Assembly: GCA_965287045.1 (NCBI GenBank)
Contig: OZ336875.1
Location: 54,622,001-54,686,000, forward strand
Source: Carcharhinus amblyrhynchos
Lineage: Eukaryota
Direction: 5' to 3'
DNA length: 64,000 bases
The notes under the pieces are model-generated. The model saw only the letters and a list, made by a program, of their open reading frames with translations, was not told the DNA's origin and did not search any database. This document shows, piece after piece, positions 12,401-24,680 of the stretch. The position numbers and the translations under genes were made by a program. Numbering within the stretch: position 1 is the stretch's first letter; each line of letters starts with the position of its first letter.

Positions 12401-13632
12401 CTTTGGGCACAAATGCAGGAAAAAAAAGGTTTTACCAAAAAAAAGGATTACCAAAGGCTCACTCATTAAGAAGTAAGTGCAATGACAATTGCAAGCTATG
12501 GTTGAGGGTCATGTGATTCAATCTCACATGATCAAATGCCACACAATCAACTATCATATGGTGAAACCTCCAGCAAGCAGGGTTGGCAACCATGTTCAAA
12601 ATGCATCAGCTGTCCAACACGTTGCATCTGCTCTGAGCACACATCTCTTTTCCCTCCCATAGGAAACAATGAACATATTAGAACAGCAGAAAGCACAATA
12701 TCCCTAGCATTACAGTGCAGCCACCAATCATGATGATTGCTGATGTCAATCATCAGCAAATCAACCAAAAGAAGCAGAACAATGACTTTCACTCCATCAC
12801 AAAGGACAATCCTGCCAGTGCAGCTCCTCAAGCCATAAGGCTGTCTTGTTAATAAAACTGAAATACTGTGATACTAGAAGGATATGTGGGAAATGAAATT
12901 AGTCTCCTTCAGGATTCAAGCTGAAGGTAATTGTTTTTCAAAGGCAAAGTATTAAAATTTAGCATATTACATTGATATATTTATGTTTCTTTTCTCTCCT
13001 GACTATATTGATTCACATCATGTACAGCTCTTGACCTCAGCCAACACCTGCAGACAACTTATGGCAGAAGCCATATTCAGGATTAGGAATCTCATCAGGA
13101 ATTCCCCTTAGCAGGTGTTGCATTTGTAGCATCATTCCCATGCAGAACAATTAACTCAGCACAGGTTAGGGGTTGAATCCGAGTTTCCTTGGTGGTTTTG
13201 GATCATCATCACATCATGTGACATACAGACTAAATTGCTCTTCCCACCCCCTTCGCCCTCAAAGTGCTATTAAATGCAAAATCTTTATCACATAAGGGAA
13301 ATAAAGAGCAACAATCATGGCAAGCCACTTCGCAAGCACAGAAGTTAAAAATGGGTGCTGTGCCGAAGAGGAGGTGTGACCATATGCTTGGTTTAAGAGG
13401 TTGCTTTTTAGAAAGGTGGTAAGAGAAGAAAAGAAAGTGAAAAGGCATTTTAAGAGTATTATAGACCCTAGCAACAAAAGGCACAGCAGCCAACAGTTGT
13501 GCATTCCCTTTTTTTTGCTCAAGTGTTAGAGGAAAAGAAAAAAATTTGCATTTCTATAGTACATTTAAGATCCGAAAAGGCTGCAAGATGCTTCAAATTC
13601 ATTGAAGTACTTGAAATGTAGACATTGTTGCA

Positions 13633-16600
13633 ATAAGAACTAGGAGTAGGAATAGGCCATCTGACCCCTCGAGCCTTCTCCGCCATTCAATGAGATCATG
13701 GCTGATATTTACGTGGACTCAGCTCCAGTTACCCACCTGCTCACCATAATCCTTAATTTCTTTACTATTCAAAAATCTATCTTTGTCTTCAAAACATTGA
13801 ACGAGGTAGCCTCAATTGCTTCACTGGGCAGGGAATTCCACAGATTCACAACTCTTTGGGTGAAGAAGTTTCTCTTCAACTTAGTCCTAAATCTGCTCCC
13901 CCTTATTTAGAGGCTGTGCCCCCTACTCGTGGTTTCACCCACCAGTGGAAGCAACTTCCCTGCTTTCTATCATATCTATTCCTTTCATAAGCTTACATGT
14001 TTCGATACAATTCCCCCTTCATTCATCTGAATTCGAATGAGTATAGTCCCAGTCTACTCAGTCTCTCCTCATAAGCCAATCTTCTCAACTCTGGAATCAA
14101 CTTGGTGAATCTCCACTGCACCCCTCTAGTGCCAGCGTATCCTTTCTCGAGTAAGCAGACCAAAACTGTATACAATATTCCAGGTGTGGCCTGGCCAGCA
14201 GGTTATACAGCTGCAACATAACCTCCCTGTTTTTAAACTCCATCCCTCTAGCAATGAAGGACAAAATTCCATTTGCCTTCTTAATTATCTGTTGCACTTG
14301 CAAACCAACTTTTTGCAATTCATGCACAAGGACACCCAGCCCCCTCTGCACAGCAGCATGCTGCAATTTTTTACCATTTAAATAATAGAGAATTTTGTTG
14401 TTATTTCTACCAAAATGGATGACCTCACATTTGCCAATGTACTCCATCTGCCAGACCCTTGCCCACTCACTTAAACTATCTATATCCCTTTGCAGACTTT
14501 CATTATCCTCTGTACACTTTACTCTACCACTCATCTTAGTGTCATCTGCGAATTTTGACACACTATACTTAGTCCAAATCATCCATGTAAATTGTAAACA
14601 ATTGTCATCCCAACACTAATCCCTGAGGCACACCGCTAGTCACTGATCACCAACCAGAAAAACACCCATTTATTCCCACTCTTTGCTTTCTGTTAGTTAA
14701 CCAATTCTCTATCCACGCTAATACATTACCTGTAACACTGTGCACCTTTATCTTATACAGCAGCCTTTTGTGTGGCACCTTGTTGAATGCCCTCTGGAAA
14801 TCTAGATGCACCACATCCACCGGTTCCCCATTGTGATCCGCCCTTGTAATGTTCTCAAAGAATTCCTGTAAATTAGTTACCTGAAAAAATGCCTTTCATG
14901 ACCCCATACTGCATCTTCCCAATGGGACAACTTATATCCTGATGTCTCGCTATTTCTTCCTTGATGATAGATTCAAGCATTTTCCCTACTACAGAAGCTA
15001 GGCTAACAAGCCTATAGTTACCCGCCTTTTGTCTACCTCCTTTTTTAAAAATGACGTCACTTTTGCTGTTTTCCAATCTGCCTGAACCACCCCAGAGCCC
15101 ACAAATTTTGGCAAGTTACCACTAGTGCATTTGCTATTTCCTCCATCATCTCTTTCAGTACCCTGGGATGCATTCCATCAGGGCCAGGAGCTTGTCTACC
15201 TTTAGCACCATTAGCTTGCCCAACACTATAGCTGGAACTCTACCACCCTGCCTGCCATGAAAATGGAGTGGGCGAAGGTCTAACAAAGGAAATCTCCATT
15301 GACTTTGGGCACGAATTTCCAGTTTTGCCCAAGTGAGGCCATAAAGTCCCATCTTATCTCTTTAGTTTCTAGGTCCTCACCTGCCATAGCTTTCTTGTCA
15401 TGAATTTTTGGCATGTTATTTGTGTCTTCCACTGTGAAGACCGGCACAAAATGCCTCTTCAATTCCTCAGCTATTTCCTCATTTCCAGTTATTATATCCT
15501 CCTTCTCATCCACTAAAGGACCAATGTTTACCTTTGTCACTCTTTCATTTTATATATTTGTAGAAACTTTTGCTATCTGTCTATATATTCTGAACTAGTT
15601 TACTCTCATAATCTTACTTTTCTTTATAGCTTTTTTTGTGGCTTTCAGTTGACCTTTAAAGATTTCCCAATCCTCTCATTTCTCACTAATCTTTGCCACT
15701 TTCTATGCATTTTCTTTCAATTTGATACCATCTATTTCCTTAGATATCTATGGCTGATTTATCCTTTTTTCTGCAGTCCTTCCTTATTACTGATGTTTAT
15801 GTTTCCTGAGCACTGTGAAAAATCACTTTGAAAATCCTTCACTGCTCCTCAATTGTCCCATCATAAAGTTTTTGCTCCCAGTCTACCTTAGCCAACTTCT
15901 CCCTCATCCCTTTGTAGTCTCCTTTGTTTAAGCACAAGACACTGATATTGGATTTTACCTTCTCACACTCCATCTGTATTTTAAATTCAACCATACTGTG
16001 ATTGCTCCTTCCGAAAGGATCCGTAACTGGGATCATTAATTATTCCTGTCTCATTCACAGTCCCAGATCTAGGATAGCTTGCTCCCTTATATGTTTCATT
16101 ACATACTGTTCAAGGAAACTATCGCAAATACATTCTCTGAACCCCTCCTCAAGGCTGCCTTGATCGACCTGGTTTGACCATTTGACATGTAGATTAAAAT
16201 CCCCCATGATAACTGCCAAACCATTTTTACATGCATCAGTTATTTCTTTGTTTATTGCTTGCCCCGTCATTATTTGGCGACCTCTGGACTATGCCTACCA
16301 GTGACTTTTTCTCCTTAATATTTCTAATTTCCACCCAAATGGATTCAACAGTTTTCTCCATAGAACCGATGTCATCTCTTACTACTGCCCTGATGTCATC
16401 TTTAAATATCAGAGCTACACACCTCCTTTACCTTCTTGTCTGTCCTTCCGATACCCTTGAATATTTAACTCCTGGTCATGACCAACCTGCAACCATGCCT
16501 TTGTAATGGCCACTAAATCATACTCATTCGTGATGATTTGTGCCGTAAACTCATTTATCTTGTTTCAAATGCTACAAGCATTTAGATACAGTGTCCTTAT

Positions 16601-17205
16601 GTTAATTTTGATGCTTTCTTTTTGAATTCTAACACCTCCATTAATTACATCTGAGTTCTCCTTCTTTTAAATTTTTAAATTATTTTCCATGTAGTTGAAA
16701 CCTTCTCCCCCATATGCTAACCTGCTGCTTTGCTTCCTATTAACCATTATACTCCCCATAGTTTTACTCTTCCTTCCCCCTCCACTTGCAAGTTTACTAC
16801 CCTTGTTATCCTTTCTGCTAGAACACTAGTCCTAGATCGGTTCAGGTGAAGATCATCCCAACGTTACAGATCCCTCCAGTTCCAATACTGATGCCAATGC
16901 TCCATGATATGGAGCCCCGCTTTTCCGCACCACTCCTTTAGCCATGTGTTTACTTCCCTCATTTTTCTCATCCCTATGCTAATTCACACATATAGTACTG
17001 GAGTGATTATAACCCTTGAGGACCTGTTCTTTGATTTAGCTCCTGGTGCCTGATAATCCCCAAACTGGTCCTCTTTCCTAATCTTGCCTATGTTGTTTGT
17101 CCCAATTGGACCACAACAACAGAACCCTACCCCTCCCACTCCAATATCCTTTCAAGCCAGTCAGAGACGTCCCTCATCCTGGCACCCGGCAGGCAACATA
17201 CCACA
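13633..17205 (-). mobile_element. Long CR1 LINE: ORF1 esterase remnant, ORF2 (APE endonuclease, RT) and 3' UTR, all disrupted
   Basis: ORF1 remnant VVCCLPGARMRDVS..VVVV.GTNNIG near 17090-17205; ORF2 start LYLNACSI near 16590; endonuclease IMGDFNLH (16055-16270); RT SKFADDTK (14097-14582); tail at 13633. Confidence 0.95.
15230..15354. mobile_element. 125-bp MITE (PIF/Harbinger-like) nested in CR1
   Basis: Termini agctggaactcta and revcomp agatgggacttta (10/13 match). TAT duplicated at 15227-15229 and 15355-15357. Removing it restores CR1 sequence caacactatctctttag. Confidence 0.7.
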
Positions 17206-17254
17206 GCAAGGTTAATTAAACTGCAACATGATAATAGCCTGATAATCTATTTTC

Positions 17255-17525
17255 AATAGGAACACAGGACTTAGGATCGGGGCAGACCTTTCAGCTCTTT
17301 GAACCTGCTCCACCATTCAGTAAGATCAAAGCTGATCTGGTTATGGTCTCCACCCTACTTTGCACCTGCCCCCCCCCCAACCCCACCCATCTCCACACAT
17401 ACCCTCACCCCACCCCCCCCTTAACATTTGATTCCCTTATCTATCAAACATCTGTCTAACTCTGTCTTGAATAAATTCAAAAATATCTCAGCTTTTCTTT
17501 CAAAATGGTATCTTTCATCTCCACC
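17255..17525 (-). mobile_element. Old CR1 3' end
   Basis: gaacctgctccaccattcagtaagatcaaagctgatctg is the reverse complement of a CR1 3' UTR. Confidence 0.65.
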
Positions 17526-17529
17526 TTAA

Positions 17530-17700
17530 AACACTAGACTAGGCTTCAGTTTAACATCATACTGAAAGACAATACAGTGCTCCCTCAGTATTGCACAGAA
17601 CAGCCAATCAAGATTTTGTGCTTAGGTCTCTGGAGTGGGTCTTGAACTGATGACCTCTGAACTCCGGGGTGAGATGCCTCTCATTGAGTTATGACTGGAA
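17530..17700 (-). mobile_element. DeuSINE 5' fragment
   Basis: gtttaacatcatactgaaagac..cagtgctccctcagtattgcac..ctctggagtgggtcttgaac, reverse homolog of 1340-1495. Confidence 0.6.
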
Positions 17701-17739
17701 CATAGGTAGTGTAAGGCTAAGCAAAGGGATACACAACAC

Positions 17740-18060
17740 TATGAAATTATTTAAAGCAGGCATGGGAACTTTAAATTAGAGGCATTGAAGGACGTGGAGT
17801 TGCTGCAGGTGTATGATAACACAAGTGAAGGATAAAGGTGACTTGGCCCAGGATGAGATATGGGCTGAAGCAGTTTTAGATCATTAGAATAATTTGGTGT
17901 GGAGGTGCCAAAGGCATGGATATAGGTTTCGACTGTAGAGCAGATGATATTATGTAAATAGAAATGGATGGTCTTTGTAATGCAAGGAAAATGGCTTTGC
18001 AAACTGTTATAATCCAGGTCAGAAACTCCCAGGTATTAATGAAGTCAGCCAAGATCATAG
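17740..18060 (-). mobile_element. L2 LINE fragment
   Basis: CITKTIHFYLHNI..VETYIHAFGTSTPNYSN resembles the L2 motif TKTAYFHLRNI..ETLIHAFVTSRLDYSN. Confidence 0.65.
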
Positions 18061-18096
18061 GTTTTGCACTTTGACTTGGCTAGGATAAGCATGAGC

Positions 18097-18842
18097 TGTT
18101 TCACCTCAGGATTCAAATGACCCATGAGGGAGCTTTTATCAAGCAAAGCTTATTTAAGAATACAGTTAACACATGAAAAGAAAATTAGCAATAACATTTA
18201 TCAATTACAGATGAGATAAAACAACCATGAAATTCTATAAACCTTAATAACTAAATGCACTGTTCCAGTACAACAAATTTCCTTATAAACATACACTTTC
18301 CCCAGGTTTAGCACAGCAACACCTGCCGTGAATTAGTCCTTTGGATAAAATTGAAACTCTGACTTCCTAGCTTTGTAACTTCCAGCAGTCCTTGAGGTAG
18401 AATAAAGCACTACAGGCCTCTAGCTTTTAGCCAGTAAACCACTTACAGCAAAGTTTTAATTTCAGGAAGAAAAGAAAAACTGCTTCCAACAGCAGAATTT
18501 TGAATAACAAGAGGAGAAACAACCACACTGCCTTCAACCAGGAGTCCACACATCTTCTAACTAAAGAACAGCCAGGAGCCAGAAATTGAAAGTGAAAGAA
18601 CTCTTGTCACCTAACCTGTCAATCATTTTTACCTCTAACAAGTTGTAGACTTGTAACACAACAGGGCATCACATTAGGTCCAGATTAAAAATAAACAAAA
18701 CCCCATTTAAACCATTTAAGCAGCAATAAAAGGACATCTAATCAGACAGCTCAATGCCAATAACAAAAACAAAAGGCTTGCTTACGAACTAAAGAGAACG
18801 TGTTTAAATAAATACATCTCTTAAAGACACAGTAGAATCACA
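18097..18842 (-). mobile_element. Possible solo-LTR-like repeat
   Basis: TG...CA-like ends (tgtt...tcaca) and non-coding composition. No TSD confirmed. Confidence 0.2.
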
Positions 18843-19460
18843 AAACTCACTCAAGATTGGATAAAAATGTCAAGTTTTTGAACAGTCTGAGACAAAGGGC
18901 TGAATTTGGATTTAGAAATGAGACCAAAAGCAAAATTAGAAAATTTTGAGTGTGAGATGGTGCAATCTGCCTCCAAACAATCTTGCTGGGGATGGGATGT
19001 GACCGTAACCAGCTACCTGCCTGGCAATAGTGGATTAGGATTTATTAAGTGCTCAGTTGGTGGCAAATTGAGTTGCCACTGGGATCCTCCCACGGTGGAT
19101 GGGTCTTTCTCCGAGGCCGAAGCCTGTCAGTTGCCTGGAAGCAGCTTTCTACTGGCAGACAGCAGGTGCAATTGACAGCTCCAATAAATCCCCTCTGCCT
19201 TCCAGAGCCACAGGTTCCAGAGGGCCATGGTCACAGCGGTAGTCATTCTGTGAAGAGGCTCCCTCCACATGATGATGTTGTGACAGCTGTGGCCATTCTT
19301 TTTGTTTTACAATTTTAGGTCTCCCACCTACATTGGCAGTGGTCACCATTCTTGGTCAGGTTGCTGGCTGGACATTGCTGTGAGCCCTCTGATTGGGTCT
19401 GAGTTGGTTCTTCAGAACTTCCATTGTTTTTAACTGGACAGGATTCCCAGAAGCGGCTTC

Positions 19461-20620
19461 TTACTTCAGTAAGGCCTTTGACAAGGTCCCTCAGAGCAGA
19501 CTGGTGCAGAAGGTGAAGTTGCATGGGATCAGAGGTGAGCTGACAAGATGGATATAGAACTGGCTCAGTCATAGAATACAGAGGGTAGCAGTGGAAGGGT
19601 ATATTTTTGAATGGAGGGCTGTGACAAGTGGCATTCCTCAGGGATCAGTGCTGGGACCTTTGTTGTTTGTAATATATATAAATGATTTGGAGTAAAAAGT
19701 AACTGGTTTGATTAGTAAGTTTGCGGATAACACAAAGGTTGGTGGATTTACGGATAGTGATAAGGACCATCAGAGGATACAGCAGGATATAGATAGGTTG
19801 GAGACTTGGGCAGGTGGAGTTTAATCCGGATAAATGTGAGGTAATGCATCTTGGAAGGTCTAATACAGAGAGGAAATATACAATAAATGGCAGAACTCTT
19901 CAGAATACTGATAGGCAGAGAGATCTGGGTGTATAGGTGCACAGGTCACTGAAAGTGGCAACGTAGGTGGAAAGGTAGCTAAGAAGGCATACAGCATGCT
20001 TGCCTTCATTGGCTGGGGCACTGAGTTTAAAAATTGGCAAGTCATTTTGCATCTTTATAGAATCTTAGTTAGGCCTCACTTGGAATATAGTGTTCAATTC
20101 TGGTTGTCACACAACCAGAAAGATGTGGAGGCTTTGGAGAGGGTAGAGAAAAGATTTACTAGGATGTTGCCTGGTATGGAGGGCATTAGCTATGAGGAGA
20201 GGTTGGAGAAACTTGGTTTGTTCTCACTGGAATGACGGAGGTTGAAGGGAGACCTGATAGAAGTCTACAAGATTATGAGGGGCATGGACAGACTGGATAG
20301 TCAGAAGCTGTTTCCCAGGGTGGAAGAGTCAATTAGTAGAGGCATGGCTTTAAGGTGAGCGAGGCAAGGTTTAAAGGAGATGTACGAGGCAAGTTTTTGA
20401 TACAGAGGGTGGTGGGTGCCTAGAACTTGCTGCCGGGGAGGTAGTGAAAGCAGATATGATACTGAGTTTTAAGGGGCATCTGGACAAATACATAAATAGG
20501 TTGGGAATAGAGGGAAATAGTCTCCGGAAGGGTAAGGGGTTTTAGTTCAGTCCGGCAGCATGGTTGGTGCAGACTTGGAAGGCCAAAGGGCCAGTTCCTG
20601 TGCTGTAATTTTCTTTGTTC
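19461..20620 (+). mobile_element. 5'-truncated CR1 LINE
   Basis: [40 protein letters not shown]. Tail cctgtgctgtaattttctttgttc. Confidence 0.95.
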
Positions 20621-21204
20621 ATAATTGGCTGCCTCTGTGAAGACTGCAACCAACATCCCACCATAGCCACTTCCGGATTCCTGACCCAGAATCAAGGCTG
20701 ACATTAGGATCACGAACGAACTGCCAATTACAGAGTCTGGCATGGCGGTTGGGGATAGGGTTGTGGGGGAGTACAAGGCAGAAGATAATGTTTCAATTTT
20801 AGTGATGGTTGCCTGGAAGAAAAGTGAACTCACCCAAGATTAAAAACAGTTAAATCTTTTCTAGCATTTTAAGTGATTTCATAGTACATCTTCCTCGACT
20901 TTCTCAACTTCCCTAACCCACTGCAAAATCAAAATATTGAGAATGCTGGCAATCTGGAAAAAAGTACAAAAATGTTGAAAACTTAAGTCAGGCTGGCAGT
21001 ATCTATGGTTGGAGGAACAGAATGAACATTTTTAGGCCAATAGCATTTTGTCAGGCCTGTAACTATCAACAGTACTGATTGCTTCAACTCTTGTTACCCG
21101 TACTGTAAGTTTATATAGCAGTCTTTCATGGGGAACTTTATACATCAGGGAACTTTTCAATATCCAGTTTCTAAAAACAATACCTGGTCAATTAAATTTA
21201 TTTT

Positions 21205-21340
21205 TTTTAAGCCTATTTATTTATGACACAAGTAGGCTTTCATTAGCACTGCAATGAAGTTACTGTGAAAATCCCCTAGTCGCCACACTCTGGCACCTTT
21301 TTGGATACACTGAGGGAGAATTTAGCATGGCCAATGCATA
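21205..21340 (-). mobile_element. V-SINE 3' fragment
   Basis: Close match to 22185-22310 (gcaatgaagttactgtgaaaatcccc.agt.gccacactc). Confidence 0.8.
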
Positions 21341-21344
21341 TAGG

Positions 21345-22125
21345 TGACAAAGAATTTGGCAATATTGTGAATTACAAGGACTTCAGGGAGACATAAACTA
21401 ACTGATGGAATGAGAGGGCACATGGCAAATAAAGTTTAAATCAGAGAAACGTGAAGTGACAGACTTGGCAGGAAGAATGAGGAGAGGCAATATAAAATCA
21501 ATGACAGTTCTAAAGGAGAGTAAGAAGTCTGACAACACCAGATTTTGTCAGACTTCTTACTGTGTTTACCCCAGTCCAACATCGGCATCTCCACATCAGT
21601 TCTAAAGGAGACACAGGAGCAAAGGGACCTGAAGATATGTGCGCACAAATTATTGAAGGTGGCAGGACTGGTTGAGAAACAGGTTAATAAGGCATCCAGG
21701 ATCCTGGATAAGGCATTAAGTACAGAAGTTAGGAAGGTATGGTAAACCTTCATAAAACACTGGTTTGGCATCAATTGGAGTATTGTGTTCAATTCTGGGC
21801 ACTGCATTTTAAGAATAAAAAGAGAGGGTGCAGAAAAAAATTATGAAAATTATTCCACAGACAAGAGACTTCAAGGACAAATTGACAATACCAGGGTTGT
21901 TCTCTTTAGAAAAGGGAATATTGCAAGGCGATTATGAGAAATGTGTCCAAAATCAGGAGTAATATGGGCAGTGTAGTTAGGGAGAAACTGTTCCCATTGG
22001 CAGAAGGAACAAGGATGATAAGAAACTAATTGAAGGTGATTGTAGATGAAGCAATGGCAACATGAGAAAAATGCCTTTTTACACAGTGAGTGGATTTGAT
22101 CTGAAAAGATCTGTCTGAGACTTCC
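21345..22125 (+). mobile_element. Old degraded CR1 fragment
   Basis: Decayed RT C-terminal motifs (caattggagtattgtgttcaattctgg = QLEYCVQFW). Confidence 0.75.
21520..21596 (+). mobile_element. Mini PLE insertion (inverted hairpin + 3' extension) with 15-bp TSD
   Basis: Perfect inverted repeat gtaagaagtctgacaa / ttgtcagacttcttac, then the PLE terminal extension tgtgtttaccccagtccaacatcggcatctccacat. cagttctaaaggaga is duplicated at 21505-21519 and 21597-21611. Confidence 0.85.
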
Positions 22126-22174
22126 TTAAAGTGTTTCTTTACAATGCAAGATGTCTAAATCTCTACCCAGAAAT

Positions 22175-22476
22175 AGTTTAAGTTTATTTATTATTGTCAC
22201 AATTAGCTTACATGAACACTGCAATGAAGTTACTGTGAAAATCCCCCAGTTGCCACACTCCGGCATCTGTTCGGATACACTGAGGGAGAATTTAGCATGG
22301 CCAATGCACCTGAACAGTACGTCTTTCGGACTGTGGGCGGAAAGTGGAGTATCCAGAGGAAACCCATGCAGAAACGGGGAGAACATGCATGTAGACAGTG
22401 ACCCAAGCTGGGAATTGAACCCAGGTCCCTGGTACTGTGAGGCAGCAGTGCTGACCACTGTGCCACTGTGCTGGCC
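22175..22476 (-). mobile_element. Full-length tRNA-derived V-SINE
   Basis: A-box TGGCACAGTGG, B-box GGTTCAATTCC, V-domain, and tail ...tgtgacaataataaataaac. Confidence 0.9.
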
Positions 22477-22599
22477 ACAGGCATTTGTAATAATGTTTGC
22501 AAATCACCAACTCTCACCGATTATGTGGGTTGAAAGAAATTTGGTGAGGTTGGTTATACCGCACAAATTGAATAATCTGTCAACACTTAACATCAGGTT

Positions 22600-23000
22600 T
22601 AGAATCGCAAACTCTGAAAGCATAGAAAAAGGCCATTCAGCCCATTGTGCCAAGACTGCCTCTTCGAAAGTGCTATCCAATATGATCCATTCCTCTTCCC
22701 TATTAATACAATAACTTTTCCTTTTCAAATAGATAGCCAATTACTTTTGAAAGGATTAATATAATCTGTTTCCTCATCCTTTTAGGCATGGCATTGTATT
22801 ATAACAAAGTATTGCACAACAAAGATTCACATCTCCTGCTTGGTTTTATTACCAATTATCTGTACAGATACAATCTTATGGCTACTGGAAACAGATACAA
22901 CCTTCTGGCTAGTGGAAAAAGCTTTTCCTTATTAATCTTCCAACAACCCTTCAAACATCTCTGCTCTAAGGAAAACAATCTGTTTCTCTTGTCTCTCCAC
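22600..23000 (-). mobile_element. Old CR1 3' fragment
   Basis: aggccattcagcccat tail. Antisense translation RLFSLEQR..EKLFPLA. Confidence 0.6.
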
Positions 23001-23171
23001 GCAGCTGAAATCGCCACTTTGAAAATAAAGTTTGGTCCGGAGAGGGGAAACGATCTCAAGAAGTAATCTCTTCAGCAGATACTATGAGGAACAGGGAAAT
23101 TTAACATCAGCTGGAAAAAAGAAAGGGAAAGCAATTAAACAAAATAAATAAGTCCATCAATTACCTATTGC

Positions 23172-23375
23172 TGGGGACTGGTTTTGTTGGCTAGACAGCT
23201 GGTTCATGATCAGAGCAATGCCAACAGTGTGGTTTCAATTCTTGTATTGTCTGAGGTTATTCATGAAAGCCCGCCTTCTCAACTTTGCCCCTTGCCTGAG
23301 GTGTGATGGTTCTCAGATTAAACCACGGCCAGTCATTCTAAAGCCAGCTGGGACTTTGGTGAATATACCTTTAAT
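23172..23375 (+). mobile_element. tRNA-derived SINE of another family
   Basis: tRNA-like head (gttggctagacagctggtt...gtggtttcaattc) followed by a short body and a ctgggactttggtgaatatacc tail. Confidence 0.45.
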
Positions 23376-24680
23376 ATACACAAACAGTTTCTTTCTCCAA
23401 CCACCAGGCTGTCAGTGAAAGGAAGCACTGAGCAGCAGTTTATGCTAAGCAGAAATCCAAAGCTGGTACAACTTAAACTCTTCAGTCTTCGAAAGAGATA
23501 TTTAAAACATTCCAAGACAGAACAATAGTACATTTTGGAACTGAATGGTTGCTAGTATCCGTTTTTGATATTTCAACACAGAATTGAAGACAACATTTCA
23601 AATCATTGTGGGAGAATTTTAAAAATGGTTTCAAAAGGTTGCCAGTACCAGCACATCCAAAGAAGTGTTTTTTTTTACACAGAAAGAAGTTTAAATCAGC
23701 TAACCTTATAAAAGTGCACAGTTTACCTGGCAGCTCTGAACTAAGATTTTCAAACAGTTCATTACCTGATCTCAACATTGCACAAGTTTGATCTGTTAGC
23801 ACCCAATACTGTTAGAAACAAAATCAGGTTTTAAAAATGGAGAAATCAGCTAATGATGTCAGACAGACTGGCTTTCCTGTTTATCTAAGGATGGGTTAGC
23901 AGCAATGGAGAGAAATAGTAGTTAACGGAGCTTCATAGTGACTGAGATGGAATCAGTTTGCAGAAGGATATCAGTGGGTGCAAACACCAAACTGCATTCA
24001 AGCTAAAATGACAGGATTCTGCAGGATCTCACATTTAACTCCATTAATTCACATTTCCCATTTTGTTTGAAGCAATAAATGGCAATTGCCAAAAAATGAA
24101 CATCAATTACTGACAAGAATGCCCTTTATTACAAGGCACCACTAAAACAATTGGCTCATACATGTTTAAAATATTATTGTGTTTTGACAATAATTATGCC
24201 CAGCAGTAACCACGTTTTAAAAGAGATTGTTTTTGTGCAATGAGCGATTTTGTGCACTTTCTAAACCTTCTGTGTCCTTGGCTCATTGTCCAGCAATGCC
24301 TTAATGTTAAAATTCCCATTTTGTTTATCAAATCCCTCCATGGCTTTATTTTAATTTATTCAAGATGCTTTATGATTGAAAATTGTTACACCATTACTAT
24401 CTACATCCCCTAAAAATAAGCTTCCTTTTGTTACATTGAAAGTTTTGTACATAATTAACAATGAATTAAATTAATTGGGAAGTAATATTTTAGAAGTCAC
24501 ACATACAATGGTTACTAGAATACTCAGAGCATTCAACAACGTGGCTGCAAGACTGTTTCAACGTTTCAAGCAGATGCTAACTGCTGACTCATCTATCAGA
24601 AATGCAATCCAAAGCTGAATATGCTTAAAACTGCCTTCACAGATGTGATCTCCAAGCCAATAAATGATTTCACTAATTTA

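Noticed and set aside
12547-12831. Possible Harbinger Myb/SANT-like remnant (SLFPMGGKR); similar impression at 7960-8600
   Set aside because: The similarity is too short to support a call.
21520-21560. Hairpin as terminator, pre-miRNA or CRISPR repeat
   Set aside because: Fully explained by inverted PLE terminal sequence. No repeat-spacer array exists anywhere in the window.
22395-22476. tRNA gene
   Set aside because: The A/B boxes belong to a SINE head continuous with the V-domain, and no complete cloverleaf is present.
23482-23802. Possible transposase or host exon ORF
   Set aside because: No motif could be matched convincingly in either orientation.
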